NCBI GenBank assembly: GCA_038062895.1
Contig: JBBTWJ010000003.1
Coordinates: forward strand, 114,448 to 178,447
Length of the DNA stretch: 64,000 nucleotides
Source of the DNA: Patescibacteria group bacterium
GTDB lineage: Bacteria; Patescibacteriota; Microgenomatia; UBA10105; UBA927
Direction: 5' to 3'
Shown piece after piece: positions 36,853 through 46,857 of this stretch. The notes below the pieces were generated by a model. That model saw only the letters and a list, made by a program, of their open reading frames with translations, was not told the origin of the DNA and searched no databases. Within the stretch, counting starts at the first letter, position 1; each line of letters begins with the position of its first letter. A program made the position numbers and the translations under genes.

Positions 36853-37593
36853 TTACTGCGTGACACTGCTTCCCGTAGCGCTTGGTGTCGTTGTCCGGCT
36901 TGCGGTAACGACTGTTTTAACCTCACCATAAAGCTTTTGCACGGCGTCCCTCGCTGCCTGCACCGTCCGTAGCACTGCCTGAAGATCAGATTCCAATTGT
37001 TTAACCATCGCACCGACTTCATTTTTTGCTGTCGTATCATCCGTCACCGTTACCTGATATATCTTCTCTTTCTGTACATCAACCGCTGATTGTGCAGTGG
37101 CAATAGCGGTCCGCGCCGTGGTGATTGCAGTTTCTATGCTGGTAACGTTTTTCCCTTCGGCTTTGGCTTTTTCGGTACGGGAGACTATCTTATCCAATAC
37201 CGTGGAAAGCCGATCAAGAACATTTTGAAAGTGCTCGACTCTCCGTTTATTGACGTTCCTCAAATTTTCCTGAACACGTTCAACGACTTGCTTCTTCTTG
37301 GCATCGCGCATAGCGGTAACTTTGGCTTTTATTTCTTCCCGTTTGGTCTCAACCATGGATTTAACTTCTTTGCGCTTGGCCTCACGAGTCGCTTCACGGG
37401 TATTTTTGAGCTCTACCCATCGTTCTTTGATAGCAGTGCGAACTTCTGCACGATTTTCTTTGATAGTTTCTTTGACTGCCTCGCGGCTTGCAGCGTTTTC
37501 CGTACGAAGCTCATTGACCGTGGTTGCGGCCATGACCGGAGTCGTCATCAAGAGAAAGGCTATCGAAGCAATAAAGATTGGACGAGAACTCAT
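36853..37593 (-). CDS. secreted coiled-coil/low-complexity protein
   Basis: Signal peptide followed by a K/E/R-rich heptad-like sequence. Confidence 0.45.
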   Translation of the reverse strand: MSSRPIFIASIAFLLMTTPVMAATTVNELRTENAASREAVKETIKENRAEVRTAIKERWVELKNTREATREAKRKEVKSMVETKREEIKAKVTAMRDAKKKQVVERVQENLRNVNKRRVEHFQNVLDRLSTVLDKIVSRTEKAKAEGKNVTSIETAITTARTAIATAQSAVDVQKEKIYQVTVTDDTTAKNEVGAMVKQLESDLQAVLRTVQAARDAVQKLYGEVKTVVTASRTTTPSATGSSVTQ

Positions 37594-37647
37594 ATAATAT
37601 ATAGTTACATGGAGCGCTATGATCTGTCAACCCCTTCTGTTCTGATC

Positions 37648-38700
37648 TTACTCTGTCCATTCGGGAACTACTGCGGGAACGAGAGCCAAAAATCCGTTAT
37701 CTCCTTCAAATACAAATACCGGCTGCAAATACATCTGCGGATCAAAGCTGTCGTAATACCCTAAATACACTTGCCGAATAACCACATTAGTGGCGGCGTT
37801 AGTAGGTTTTCGTGCAATATATCCCCTCCCCCCTTTCAGCTCTTCCCATGCCTGCGCACTCGGTTTAAGCGCATAGGTACCAATCGTTTCATAATCAATA
37901 GGCCAAAGCGTGAAAGCAAACTGTAGAATCCTTTTTTTGCTATCTTTGGATCCGGAAAAAATAAACACTGCCTGTCCCTCATCGGGGAAGGGGGTAATAA
38001 GTTTCATTCCGCTCACGTTCCTCCGAAAAAAATCCACCCGCACCGCGTCCGCTTGCGAAAGGCTCGTCGTAACCCCAAGTTTATCGCCCGACAACTTAAG
38101 AAAACTCACCTTGCTCGTCCCCTGTGCCAAATCCGGCCCGTACAGGGTAAACGTCTGCAGCATGGCTTTCGTTTCTGAAACTGCCTGGTCCACACCCGGG
38201 AGGTTCCGCTCGGAAAAAAGTCCCGTATCCTGCTCAAATCCGTAGCGCAGAATAAAATTATTGGATACGATATCATACCGCAATCGCCTAAGCGGGGCGA
38301 CCGCATCCTCAAACCGATAAATTGCTTTGGTTTCCTCGATAGGATCGGGATTAAGTCCCAGACGCACCGCAAATTCCTGGGTCCGGCTAAGAGCTAAAAG
38401 GTTGGCTGCTGGCTTAGGCATGAAATACACGGCCGCCGATTGGGAGGCCACGGGAACCGCGCCTTCGATGGTTTCCAAGCGGTAGGTAAATTGCTCCGGA
38501 GGTGAACTTTCCGGAAATTTAACTGCAGGAAGCTTACCAAAACGGAAATTAGGAGGCTGAGGTTTAGGCGGAAATACTTGAAGCCAGACCACGACAAATA
38601 CACTCCAAAAAAGCCGCAAAACTATGTAAAAGATGACCCCAAGTATCATCCAGTTAATCGTCCGGCGTGTATAGTAGGCGGTTTCGGTTAAATTTGCCAT
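37648..38700 (-). CDS. hypothetical membrane-anchored protein
   Basis: N-terminal TM segment; no recognisable domain. Confidence 0.5.
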   Translation of the reverse strand: MANLTETAYYTRRTINWMILGVIFYIVLRLFWSVFVVVWLQVFPPKPQPPNFRFGKLPAVKFPESSPPEQFTYRLETIEGAVPVASQSAAVYFMPKPAANLLALSRTQEFAVRLGLNPDPIEETKAIYRFEDAVAPLRRLRYDIVSNNFILRYGFEQDTGLFSERNLPGVDQAVSETKAMLQTFTLYGPDLAQGTSKVSFLKLSGDKLGVTTSLSQADAVRVDFFRRNVSGMKLITPFPDEGQAVFIFSGSKDSKKRILQFAFTLWPIDYETIGTYALKPSAQAWEELKGGRGYIARKPTNAATNVVIRQVYLGYYDSFDPQMYLQPVFVFEGDNGFLALVPAVVPEWTE

Positions 38701-38734
38701 ATGTGATTAGCACATGATTGTCAAACCTGATGAG

Positions 38735-38748
38735 CACGTGATCACGTG
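38735..38748. promoter_or_regulatory. perfect 14-bp palindrome CACGTGATCACGTG in the divergent region upstream of gltX
   Basis: Flanked by further CACATG/CATGTG half-sites; a CACGTG-centred 30-bp palindrome also lies upstream of era. Confidence 0.35.
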
Positions 38749-38841
38749 TTGATCATGTTTATTTTTATCAAGTGCTTATCTATTCCATAGTAACAGAATA
38801 TGGTGAAAAAGTGGTAAAATCAACATGATTAGATAACCACC

Positions 38842-40230
38842 ATGAAACATATACGAACAAGGATCGCACCCTCACCGACCGGCGAAAACCTCCACATCGG
38901 CAACGCGTATACGGCGCTCATCAACTACGTGGTCGCCAAACAAAACAATGGACAGTTCATCATCCGCATCGAAGACACGGACCGGACACGATTTGTGGAA
39001 GGTTCTGAAACCAGAATATTAGCGTCGCTTGATTGGCTGGGTATTGCCCATGATGAAGGACCGGATATCGGAGGACCTCACAAGCCATATCGCCAGTCGG
39101 AGCGCCTAGAGATATATAAAAAATTTGCGGAAGAGCTTGTGGAGAAAGGACATGCATATTACTGTTTTTGCAGCCCGGAGCGGCTTGCCCAGATGAGGAA
39201 GGACCAGGAATCCCGACACGAACCGCCAATGTATGATGGAAAGTGTAGAACAAACAGCAGACAGCAGATAGCAGACAGCAGAGAAAACGGAGAAAAATTC
39301 GTTATTCGCTTAAAGGTGCCGGATGAGGGCACGACAACATTTACCGATCTGATCCGGGGAGAAATTTCTTTTGAAAATAAACTCATCGATGATCAGGTTA
39401 TCCTCAAGTCCGATGGGTTTCCTACCTACCACCTGGGCGTAGTTGTCGATGACCATCTCATGGAAATCTCCCACATCATCCGCGGCGAGGAATGGATTTC
39501 ATCGACTCCCAAACACATCCTCCTCTATCAATTTTTCTCATGGGAACTACCGATTTATGCCCATATGCCGCTCTTACGAAACACCGATAAAAGCAAACTC
39601 TCTAAACGAAAAAATCCCGTATGGGCATCCTGGTATAAGGAGCAGGGATTTCTGCCGAAGGCGGTCGTCAATTATCTAGCTACCATGGCATGGGCACATC
39701 CGGAAGGAAAAGAACTATTTTCCGTTGACGAAATGATACAGGTGTTTGATCTCAAAAATATCCAGACCACCGCGCCGATCTTTGATATTGAAAAATTACG
39801 GTGGATGAATGGGGAGTATCTAAGAAGGAGTCAAAAGTCAAAAGTCAAAAGTCAAATCTATAATTTTTATAACGGAAAATATGAGGAGGATATGATAGAC
39901 AAAACAGTCCCTCTCATTATAGAACGGATAAAAACGCTTGCAGAATATGAGGCGATGGCAGGATTTTTCTTTGAACGACCAAAGGAGTTAGAGCGACCGA
40001 TTAACGAGGCGTTATTGAAGATAACAAAGGAAGCGCTTGCATCCTGCGATTGGAATCATGAAGCTATGGAAAAAGCCATCCGGGAAGCCACGAATAAAGC
40101 GGGAATGAAGGTGAGGGACGTATTTATGGAGCTTCGTGTCGCCGTGACCGGTAAAACCGTCGGGCCACCGCTCCTGGAATCATTGGAAATATTGGGCAAA
40201 AAAGAAACTTTACTTCGTCTAAAAATATGA
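38842..40230 (+). CDS. gltX: glutamyl-tRNA synthetase
   Basis: PSPTGENLHIGNAYTAL (HIGH region), the LSKRK KMSKS-type motif, and a C-terminal anticodon-binding domain. Confidence 0.9.
   Translation: MKHIRTRIAPSPTGENLHIGNAYTALINYVVAKQNNGQFIIRIEDTDRTRFVEGSETRILASLDWLGIAHDEGPDIGGPHKPYRQSERLEIYKKFAEELVEKGHAYYCFCSPERLAQMRKDQESRHEPPMYDGKCRTNSRQQIADSRENGEKFVIRLKVPDEGTTTFTDLIRGEISFENKLIDDQVILKSDGFPTYHLGVVVDDHLMEISHIIRGEEWISSTPKHILLYQFFSWELPIYAHMPLLRNTDKSKLSKRKNPVWASWYKEQGFLPKAVVNYLATMAWAHPEGKELFSVDEMIQVFDLKNIQTTAPIFDIEKLRWMNGEYLRRSQKSKVKSQIYNFYNGKYEEDMIDKTVPLIIERIKTLAEYEAMAGFFFERPKELERPINEALLKITKEALASCDWNHEAMEKAIREATNKAGMKVRDVFMELRVAVTGKTVGPPLLESLEILGKKETLLRLKI
39255..39282. repeat. tandem heptamer CAGCAGA x4 (one copy TAGCAGA) inside gltX (encodes NSRQQIADSR)
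   Basis: Read directly; 28 nt in frame. Confidence 0.55.
39829..39856. repeat. tandem heptamer AGTCAAA x4 inside gltX (encodes SQKSKVKSQI)
   Basis: Four perfect units; 28 nt in frame. Confidence 0.6.
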
Positions 40231-40637
40231 AAACCCGCGTCGTCGTTGCCGTGATTATCGAAAAAGGCCAAAAAATCTTACTCGGCAGAAAACCACCGGA
40301 TATCGGTCCGTACCCCAATACGTGGGTATTACCCGGAGGTGGAGTAAATTTGGAGGAAGAATCGCTCACCGATGCGATGCATCGGGAAATCAAAGAAGAA
40401 ACTAAAATCGAAGGGGGAACATTACGAAGACTCTCCTTTGATGAGGATTACGAACCGGATAAACATGGCGAGATGACCCATTATGTATTCCTGACCTACA
40501 GACTGAAATGTAAACAGGATGATGTGATTGCAGGAGATGATATCAGCCGGTTAGAGTGGATAAATAAAAAAGATCTTACGAAAATCCCGCTGGCAAGACC
40601 ATCAGTGAAACTCTTTAAGGAATTAGGCTGGATATAA
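40227..40637 (+). CDS. NUDIX hydrolase
   Basis: Nudix box GGGVNLEEESLTDAMHREIKEETKIE; overlaps the gltX stop by 4 bp. Confidence 0.8.
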   Translation: MKTRVVVAVIIEKGQKILLGRKPPDIGPYPNTWVLPGGGVNLEEESLTDAMHREIKEETKIEGGTLRRLSFDEDYEPDKHGEMTHYVFLTYRLKCKQDDVIAGDDISRLEWINKKDLTKIPLARPSVKLFKELGWI

Positions 40638-40639
40638 TT

Positions 40640-41515
40640 CTACACAGTATCCATCCAATGAGAGTTTGTTTCGACGGTAAGCTCTAAATATACCTTCTTA
40701 TTGGTCGCCGTTTCCAGTTCCTTGCGGGCGGCCATGCTGATTTCCTTGATCATGACGCCGCTTTTTCCGATGATCATGGATTTATACCGGTCCGCGGACG
40801 TGAGGATGCGGGCTTTTACATAGAGCACTCCGTTATCCCGGACAATGACATCATCAACAACTGCCGTCACGGAATACGGGACTTCGCGCCGTAAAAAAAG
40901 AAATGCTTTCTCCCGTATGATTTCAGAAAGAAACGTCTTGCTGTCGATATTCAAGCCCGGCTGCGGTAAATCGCCGGTCTCTATCATGGGTTTACCTTCC
41001 GGAAGAAATTCAAAAATCACCTGAAGAAGCTTCCCTAAGTGCTTCCTTTCAAGCGCGGAAACTTCAACCACTGCATCAAACTCCTCCTCCATAAATTTGT
41101 ACTGCACGATGTAGGTAGGCTTTATGACGTCAATCTTATTAATAACCAGTAATTTATGACCCTTAAACTTGCGCACTAACCCAAATGTCTTGTTTTCCTC
41201 CAAATCCCGCTCCCGCGTGTGATCGACCAGATAAATCACCAAATCAAGCTCTTTATTAATCTGGCTCTCGGCCTCCAGGTTGATCCGGCGCGCGAGTTGG
41301 TCTTTGACCTTCCCCACGACTCCGGGGGTATCGACAAATATAATCTGTCCACGGTCATCCTCGTATACGGCCTGGATGGCAAACCGGGTGGTCTGCGGCT
41401 TAGGCGAGGTAATGGAGACCTTATGGCCTAAAATATTATTGAGAAGAGTCGATTTACCTGAATTAGGACGGCCTATGATAGCAACGACTCCGGCTTTTTG
41501 AGGTATTGGTTCCAT
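40640..41515 (-). CDS. era: GTPase Era
   Basis: G1 GRPNSGKST, G3 DTPG, G4 NKID and a C-terminal KH domain; start placed at MEPIPQKAG, because the listed ORF extends through a TTG over an upstream repeat patch. Confidence 0.8.
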   Translation of the reverse strand: MEPIPQKAGVVAIIGRPNSGKSTLLNNILGHKVSITSPKPQTTRFAIQAVYEDDRGQIIFVDTPGVVGKVKDQLARRINLEAESQINKELDLVIYLVDHTRERDLEENKTFGLVRKFKGHKLLVINKIDVIKPTYIVQYKFMEEEFDAVVEVSALERKHLGKLLQVIFEFLPEGKPMIETGDLPQPGLNIDSKTFLSEIIREKAFLFLRREVPYSVTAVVDDVIVRDNGVLYVKARILTSADRYKSMIIGKSGVMIKEISMAARKELETATNKKVYLELTVETNSHWMDTV

Positions 41516-41612
41516 GAAGAGCATTGTATCATAAGGATAATCCATAGAGGATTTTAGAGGAATTTGAAGGCGTTTAGGGGCTTTGGGGAATTTGGGGGAT
41601 TTAATCTGCGCG

Positions 41613-41642
41613 GACAAAATAAACCACGTGGTTTATTTTGTC
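41613..41642. promoter_or_regulatory. perfect 30-bp palindrome GACAAAATAAACCAC|GTGGTTTATTTTGTC centred on CACGTG, upstream of era and downstream of the carboxypeptidase gene
   Basis: Read directly; 15/15 arm complementarity. Confidence 0.4.
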
Positions 41643-41679
41643 TATAATTAAGATTTCGCGTTCCTACAATGGATATGCG

Positions 41680-42648
41680 CTATTGCAGGCTCAGGGTTTC
41701 CCAATGATGATTACCAAAAACCCAATCGATGAGTTTTGTCGTATCGGCAAACCGGTCTTTACTTTTAAGCACTACAATGATGACACGGTGATTCCCGCGC
41801 TCAACGAGGGTCACCAGATTCTCCCCCGACTCTTCGGTCCATCCGGTTTTGATCCCTCCAACGCCGGGAATTTTTCCCAACAACTGATTGACGTTGGTGA
41901 GCGAATGAAAATACGTGTGCGTCACGTCTGAAATCGTGATCTGCGGGATAGCGACAATCTTGGCGATTGTTTTATTTGATAAGGCAACTCCTGCAAGCCT
42001 CGCCAAATCCATGGGCGTCATCTTGTGTGCAGGATCATCAAACCCGACGGGGTTGGTAAAATGTGATTGAGTCAGATGTAAAGCTTTTGCTTTTTCATTC
42101 ATAGCCAGAACAAATGCCTCTACCCCGCCCGGATAGTTCTCGGCCAATGCATACGCCGCATCGTTACCGGATTGAATGAGCGCACCATACAGCAGGTTTT
42201 CGACTGTTATGCGCTCCCCCGCAACAAGCTTCATACTCGCCCCATCATTCTGTAATGTTTTCACCGTCATGACATCGTCAAGGACAAAAGAATCTAAAAT
42301 AACCAGAGCCGTCAAAATCTTCGTCGTGGAGGCCGGAGAAAACGACTCATAACTATTGCGCTGATACAGGACGACTCCGGAGTCCACATCCTCTATGACT
42401 ATCCCACCGGCAGAAACATCGCCCCCGGGAAACACGCCGGTCACATTGGTAGGATACGGGGCAATCGAAGGCATGGGAAACGGTATAGTAAATGCACTCG
42501 GCATAACCCCCGGAGCAATCATCAATAAACGATTATGTCCCGGATACCAGAGAAAAAATCCGGCAAGGATGAGAAGATAGAGGATCTTATGCCATGAACG
42601 GGCGAGCCACTCATGAGCATGTTGATTGACCGGTTTTTCTTTGGGCAT
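41680..42648 (-). CDS. D-alanyl-D-alanine carboxypeptidase (peptidase S11, PBP5-like)
   Basis: SPASTTK (SxxK), SGND and KTGWT motifs. Confidence 0.8.
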   Translation of the reverse strand: MPKEKPVNQHAHEWLARSWHKILYLLILAGFFLWYPGHNRLLMIAPGVMPSAFTIPFPMPSIAPYPTNVTGVFPGGDVSAGGIVIEDVDSGVVLYQRNSYESFSPASTTKILTALVILDSFVLDDVMTVKTLQNDGASMKLVAGERITVENLLYGALIQSGNDAAYALAENYPGGVEAFVLAMNEKAKALHLTQSHFTNPVGFDDPAHKMTPMDLARLAGVALSNKTIAKIVAIPQITISDVTHTYFHSLTNVNQLLGKIPGVGGIKTGWTEESGENLVTLVERGNHRVIIVVLKSKDRFADTTKLIDWVFGNHHWETLSLQ

Positions 42649-42651
42649 GAA

Positions 42652-44049
42652 TTATTCCTTTTTTGGTCGCACGGAAATTCCCAGCTCAATGAGCTGCTCG
42701 GAAGTGGCGGCACTCGGTGCGTCCATAACGGAAATCTGACCGGAGGCACTGGCTGGATACGCCATAACCTCCCGTACGCTTGGCTCGCCAAGGATAGCCA
42801 TAAGGAATCGGTCAATGCCCGGCGCAATACCGCCGTGAGGCGGAACGCCATAGGTGAAAGCGGTAAGCATATGGGCAAACTGGGATTTTTGCTTATCGGT
42901 AAATCCGATGAGATCAAACACTTTTTCCTGTATCTCTTTTTGGTGAATCCTGATGCTCCCCCCACCTACCTCGTAGCCGTTGAGAACCAAATCATGTTGT
43001 AGACCCCTTACTTTGAGAGGATCGATCTCCAGAAGCCCTATGTCATCCGGGTGGGGCGACGTAAACATATGATGGGACGGGGCAAACTTGGCTTTCCCGG
43101 ACCCGTGATAAAAATCCTCTTGAGACTGCTCGGTAAAGAGCGGAAAATCTATGGTCCAGGAAAACGCGAGTTCGTTGGGATCTTTTTTGTCTTTGCGCAG
43201 ATCCGGCTTATCCGTGCCATACTTAGCTTTGGCTTCGGCATGGGGAATGCGCGGCCAGGGTGATTGGGAAATATGTTTCTCCGGAAAAAGCTCGATGACG
43301 AGCTTGGTAAATAAATCTTCGGCGATGGTCATGATGTCATTTTGCGTAATGAAGGACATTTCCATATCAAGCTGCGTAAACTCACCGTACGCGCGGTCAT
43401 GCCTCGGGTCTTCATCCCGGAAACAGCGCGCGATTTGGAAGTACCGCTCGAATCCCGCGACCATAAGAAGCTGTTTGTATTGCTGCGGGCTCTGGGGAAG
43501 CGCGTAAAACTTGCCCTTCTGGAGACGCGACGGCACGATGAAGTCCCGTGCCCCTTCCGGCGTGGTCTTGGTTAATATAGGTGTTTCTATCTCGACAAAA
43601 TCATGTCCGCTCAAATAATTGCGGATAAACATCGTCATTTTTGAGCGCATCCGAAGATTCCGGTTCATCCGCGGCCGGCGCATATCCAGATACCGATATT
43701 TGAGCCGGATTTCTTCATTAATTTCGAGCCCATCCGTATCGATGGGAAACGGAAGCTCACGGGCTTTGGATACAATTTTTAACTCTTTCACTTCCACCTC
43801 AACCGTGCCGGATTCTAATTTGGGATTAATCATGGATGCCGGACGCTCCTTCACTAGTCCCACGACTTCGATAACGTCTTCAGGACGGGCATCCCCTTTA
43901 TCCTTGGTCGATACCAATTGCACGATGCCAGAACGGTCCCGGAGATCCAAAAACATGATCTTCCCGTGGTCGCGCCGTGCCCCGACCCAACCCTGAAGGA
44001 GCACTTCCTGACCGACTTTTTCTGTAATCTCCCGTGCAAGTGTACGCAT
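42652..44049 (-). CDS. aspS: aspartyl-tRNA synthetase, bacterial type without the GAD insertion domain
   Basis: OB-fold N-terminus, motif 2 FRDEDPRHDR and motif 3 GGIAPGIDRF; at 465 aa the length implies no GAD domain. Confidence 0.9.
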   Translation of the reverse strand: MRTLAREITEKVGQEVLLQGWVGARRDHGKIMFLDLRDRSGIVQLVSTKDKGDARPEDVIEVVGLVKERPASMINPKLESGTVEVEVKELKIVSKARELPFPIDTDGLEINEEIRLKYRYLDMRRPRMNRNLRMRSKMTMFIRNYLSGHDFVEIETPILTKTTPEGARDFIVPSRLQKGKFYALPQSPQQYKQLLMVAGFERYFQIARCFRDEDPRHDRAYGEFTQLDMEMSFITQNDIMTIAEDLFTKLVIELFPEKHISQSPWPRIPHAEAKAKYGTDKPDLRKDKKDPNELAFSWTIDFPLFTEQSQEDFYHGSGKAKFAPSHHMFTSPHPDDIGLLEIDPLKVRGLQHDLVLNGYEVGGGSIRIHQKEIQEKVFDLIGFTDKQKSQFAHMLTAFTYGVPPHGGIAPGIDRFLMAILGEPSVREVMAYPASASGQISVMDAPSAATSEQLIELGISVRPKKE

Positions 44050-44229
44050 ACCATTTATTCTATGGTCAATTTACCATCTTGACAAGAAGGAGATTCTAAT
44101 GCTATAAACGATATCTAACCTATGCAAACTAACGGTCACCAAATTATCAACGTCCTCCTTATTAAGCTCCGATTCGGGGCGAGGGGTCGTGTGGTGACTG
44201 CATAAAAATAAATTTATAAATCACACGAA

Positions 44230-44253
44230 CCCCGCCAATAAGCGGGGTTTTTT
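44230..44253 (+). terminator. intrinsic terminator (CCCCGC-CAATAA-GCGGGG plus T6) on the + strand
   Basis: Perfect 6-bp GC stem and a T-run; preceded by a second long hairpin (GGGTCGTGTG ... CACACGAACCC). Confidence 0.5.
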
Positions 44254-44419
44254 GATGTGTTGCTTTGCAAGCGAATTCCTATTCGCGAGCTTAGCAACCA
44301 TCAATCCGCCAGAGTGCGCTCTTTACGCCGTGTACGAATAGTACTGAAAAGGCGTAAAGGAAGCTCAGGCGGATAGTGACGAGGACGTAGCCCTCGGGAA
44401 CGGCAAGCGGTCTACTGGG

Positions 44420-44653
44420 ATGATGGGAGAAACTATGAACGTGGACTCAGCACAAAGAATTGCAATGAACAGATTCATTGGACAAACTGATGAAGTCTTT
44501 CTTGAGGCAGTAAGAACATTACACAAAGCGGGTGAGTCATTCCCGTTGGATGGAGCCATACTTGATCCAAAACAGGAATTTATAATCACTGACGCTAATA
44601 TATTTGCCGTCAGAACTGCACATGGATTAATTTTTGTTCGTGATGAAACGTAA
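44420..44653 (+). CDS. hypothetical small protein
   Basis: ORF only; first of two adjacent small + strand ORFs. Confidence 0.3.
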   Translation: MMGETMNVDSAQRIAMNRFIGQTDEVFLEAVRTLHKAGESFPLDGAILDPKQEFIITDANIFAVRTAHGLIFVRDET

Positions 44654-44680
44654 ACCATAAGATGGATTCGTCAATCATGG

Positions 44681-44920
44681 ATGCATGAAAAAGAGCTACG
44701 AGAGGAGGTGTTAAATAATATAGAAACTATCTCTACTTTAACATTTTATCCGAGGGGAACAGGCGAAATAGTATGTTATTCGCCAGAAGACGTCGCTCGA
44801 GCAGGAATAGCTGTTTTCCCTGACTCATTAAACGTAACTTTTGGACCTGATGCAGGTCAAAGATATCAAGAAGCAAGAGGACTTATATACGAACCGGAAG
44901 AAACCGCAGTAGTTAGTTAA
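44681..44920 (+). CDS. hypothetical small protein
   Basis: ORF only. Confidence 0.3.
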   Translation: MHEKELREEVLNNIETISTLTFYPRGTGEIVCYSPEDVARAGIAVFPDSLNVTFGPDAGQRYQEARGLIYEPEETAVVS

Positions 44921-44987
44921 TCGTTTAAAAAGCATTATATGCGTATACTTTCAATCATAATTGAGAGGGGTACTGCTTTTGAAATCA

Positions 44988-45030
44988 ATAGAGGATTTTA
45001 AAGGAATTTAGAGGAGTTTAGAGGAATTTA
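44988..45030. repeat. purine-rich repeat patch (TTTAGAGGAATTTAGAGGAG)
   Basis: Same family as 36322-36446. Confidence 0.4.
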
Positions 45031-46785
45031 GACTTGGATATCTTTCACTTTCAACTGCAATTTGGAACTGCCGTTCCAGGTGTTCATATCGATGGTGTAG
45101 GCAAGATCAACGGATTGACCGGATTGGAGCTGACCGAACAGACTTCCTAAGTTAAAAGCAATCGCGTCAAATGAAGACTGGATCTCCGCCTTCGCGGGGA
45201 TGACAGAGGGAACGGCGGGGATAATAGACGAAGAAACACGGAGTTTCAAGTGCTTGCCAGTGGCCCCGACGAGGCGGGCTTCCGTCACCTTCACACCTCG
45301 TGTCGCAAAAACAGGCTCTGGGTTGCCAAAACCAAAAGGTTGGAGTTGTCCAAGCGCCTCGTATAGCTCCGGCGTGACAAAATCCAACGGAATCTCTGCG
45401 TCAACTTTAAGAGAGCGCATGAGCTGATCTTCACCAATTTCCTTTTCCGCTAATTTCTCAAGTCTCTCTTGAAGCACCGCAATATTTTTGGTTTCCACCG
45501 TAAATCCAGCTGCCATCGGGTGACCGCCAACGTCAACAAGAATATCGCTGCAAGACCGGATCGCCTCCACGATATTAAAGCCGCTGATAGACCGTGCGGA
45601 TGCCTTACTCATAAGCTCGCCTTTGCTCACGACGATCGCGGGGAGGTAGTATTCCTCCATGAGTCTTCCGGCTACTAATCCGATGACACCGGGGTTGTAG
45701 GAATCGTGAGAGACGAAAATTAATTTCTTTACATGACTTAAGGCCAGGCCTTCCAAGGCTAAGGCCTGGCCTTTAAGAAATGATGAAACGAGACTTCTGG
45801 CATGCACCACTGTTTCTTCCGTCAGTTTCTGCCGGTCGCGATTGGTCATCCCTAACTTCTCGGCAAGCAGGCTCGCTTTATCTTTTTGGTTCGTACAAAG
45901 GAGGCGGAGGGCATCCATGGCATGTTCGAGCCTCCCCATAGCGTTCAAACGGGGACCTAGCATATGAGAAACAGCGTAGACATCAAGAACGCCTTTCGTG
46001 ATACCCGCGTCCGCCATAAGTGCTTCCAATCCCACACGTTTTGTCTGATTCATAGCTGCCAATCCATACTTGACGATCGAGCGGTTAGGGCCTGTGAGCG
46101 GCACGAGGTCCGCGATAGTACCGAGAGCGGCGAGAGCCGCGAAGTCATTGTTATTCGTTAGTTCGTTACTTCGTGACTTCGCCAATAATTCTTTGGTGAC
46201 GAACCAGGAAACGCCGGAACCGGAAAGCTTCGTCGTATGAACGATCGTACAGTCCGGGAGCGTCTCGGGCTTGACGTGGTGGTCCGTGATGATGACGTCA
46301 ATCCCCTTTTCCCGGGCATAAGCCACTTTTTCCCATGCCGTAATCCCATGATCGACCGTAATGATGAGCGTCGGGTCAAACTGCGCGCCTACTGCGTCTA
46401 TTCCTTTTATCGACAATCCGTACCCTTCCTCTACCCTATGGGGAATATAGGGCATAACCATCGCCCCCAAGCTATGGAGCGCCTCCCACATGATAGCGCC
46501 TGCGGTGATACCGTCTGCGTCGTAATCTGCGTAGACGACGATGGATTCTTTGTCACGAATAGCCTTCCGGATACGCGTCAGGGCTTGGGATAGTGATGCC
46601 TTATCTATTCCGACATCTTTAGGTGTAAGACCAGAAGGATCAGAGGGGTTGAGAAAAAGATTGATATCATTTTTTGTCGATAGTCCCCTGTTCTCCAATA
46701 AAATCTTGACAATGTTTTCAACTTTTCCAGCCATAGGCTGGTCCGCCTTTGGCGGAAACTTATGTATAATTTCCCATTTCTTCAT
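45028..46785 (-). CDS. recJ: single-stranded-DNA-specific exonuclease RecJ
   Basis: DHH motifs (VYADYDADGITAGAIM, DHH, GGH) and a DHHA1 domain. Confidence 0.9.
   Translation of the reverse strand: MKKWEIIHKFPPKADQPMAGKVENIVKILLENRGLSTKNDINLFLNPSDPSGLTPKDVGIDKASLSQALTRIRKAIRDKESIVVYADYDADGITAGAIMWEALHSLGAMVMPYIPHRVEEGYGLSIKGIDAVGAQFDPTLIITVDHGITAWEKVAYAREKGIDVIITDHHVKPETLPDCTIVHTTKLSGSGVSWFVTKELLAKSRSNELTNNNDFAALAALGTIADLVPLTGPNRSIVKYGLAAMNQTKRVGLEALMADAGITKGVLDVYAVSHMLGPRLNAMGRLEHAMDALRLLCTNQKDKASLLAEKLGMTNRDRQKLTEETVVHARSLVSSFLKGQALALEGLALSHVKKLIFVSHDSYNPGVIGLVAGRLMEEYYLPAIVVSKGELMSKASARSISGFNIVEAIRSCSDILVDVGGHPMAAGFTVETKNIAVLQERLEKLAEKEIGEDQLMRSLKVDAEIPLDFVTPELYEALGQLQPFGFGNPEPVFATRGVKVTEARLVGATGKHLKLRVSSSIIPAVPSVIPAKAEIQSSFDAIAFNLGSLFGQLQSGQSVDLAYTIDMNTWNGSSKLQLKVKDIQV
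46154..46185. repeat. tandem octamer TTCGTTAS x3-4 inside recJ (encodes SRSNELTNNN)
   Basis: TTCGTTAG TTCGTTAC TTCGTGAC TTCGCCAA read directly. Confidence 0.5.
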
Positions 46786-46857
46786 AGTTCGATTTCACTC
46801 ACTATGACCCAGAGCATAGTCGAAGGGTCATGGGCTCTATGATATCATAAGGCCATT

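Noticed and set aside
41516-41617. N-terminal extension of era through a TTG start (MSAQIKSPKFPKAPKRLQIPLKSS...)
   Set aside because: The extension is the translation of a purine-rich repeat patch. Era homologues begin about 8 residues before the G1 motif, so the start was moved to 41515.
44050-44300. T-box leader upstream of aspS on the minus strand
   Set aside because: No AATTAGGGTGGNACCGCG-type T-box sequence or specifier-loop architecture on the minus strand; the clear terminator is on the + strand.
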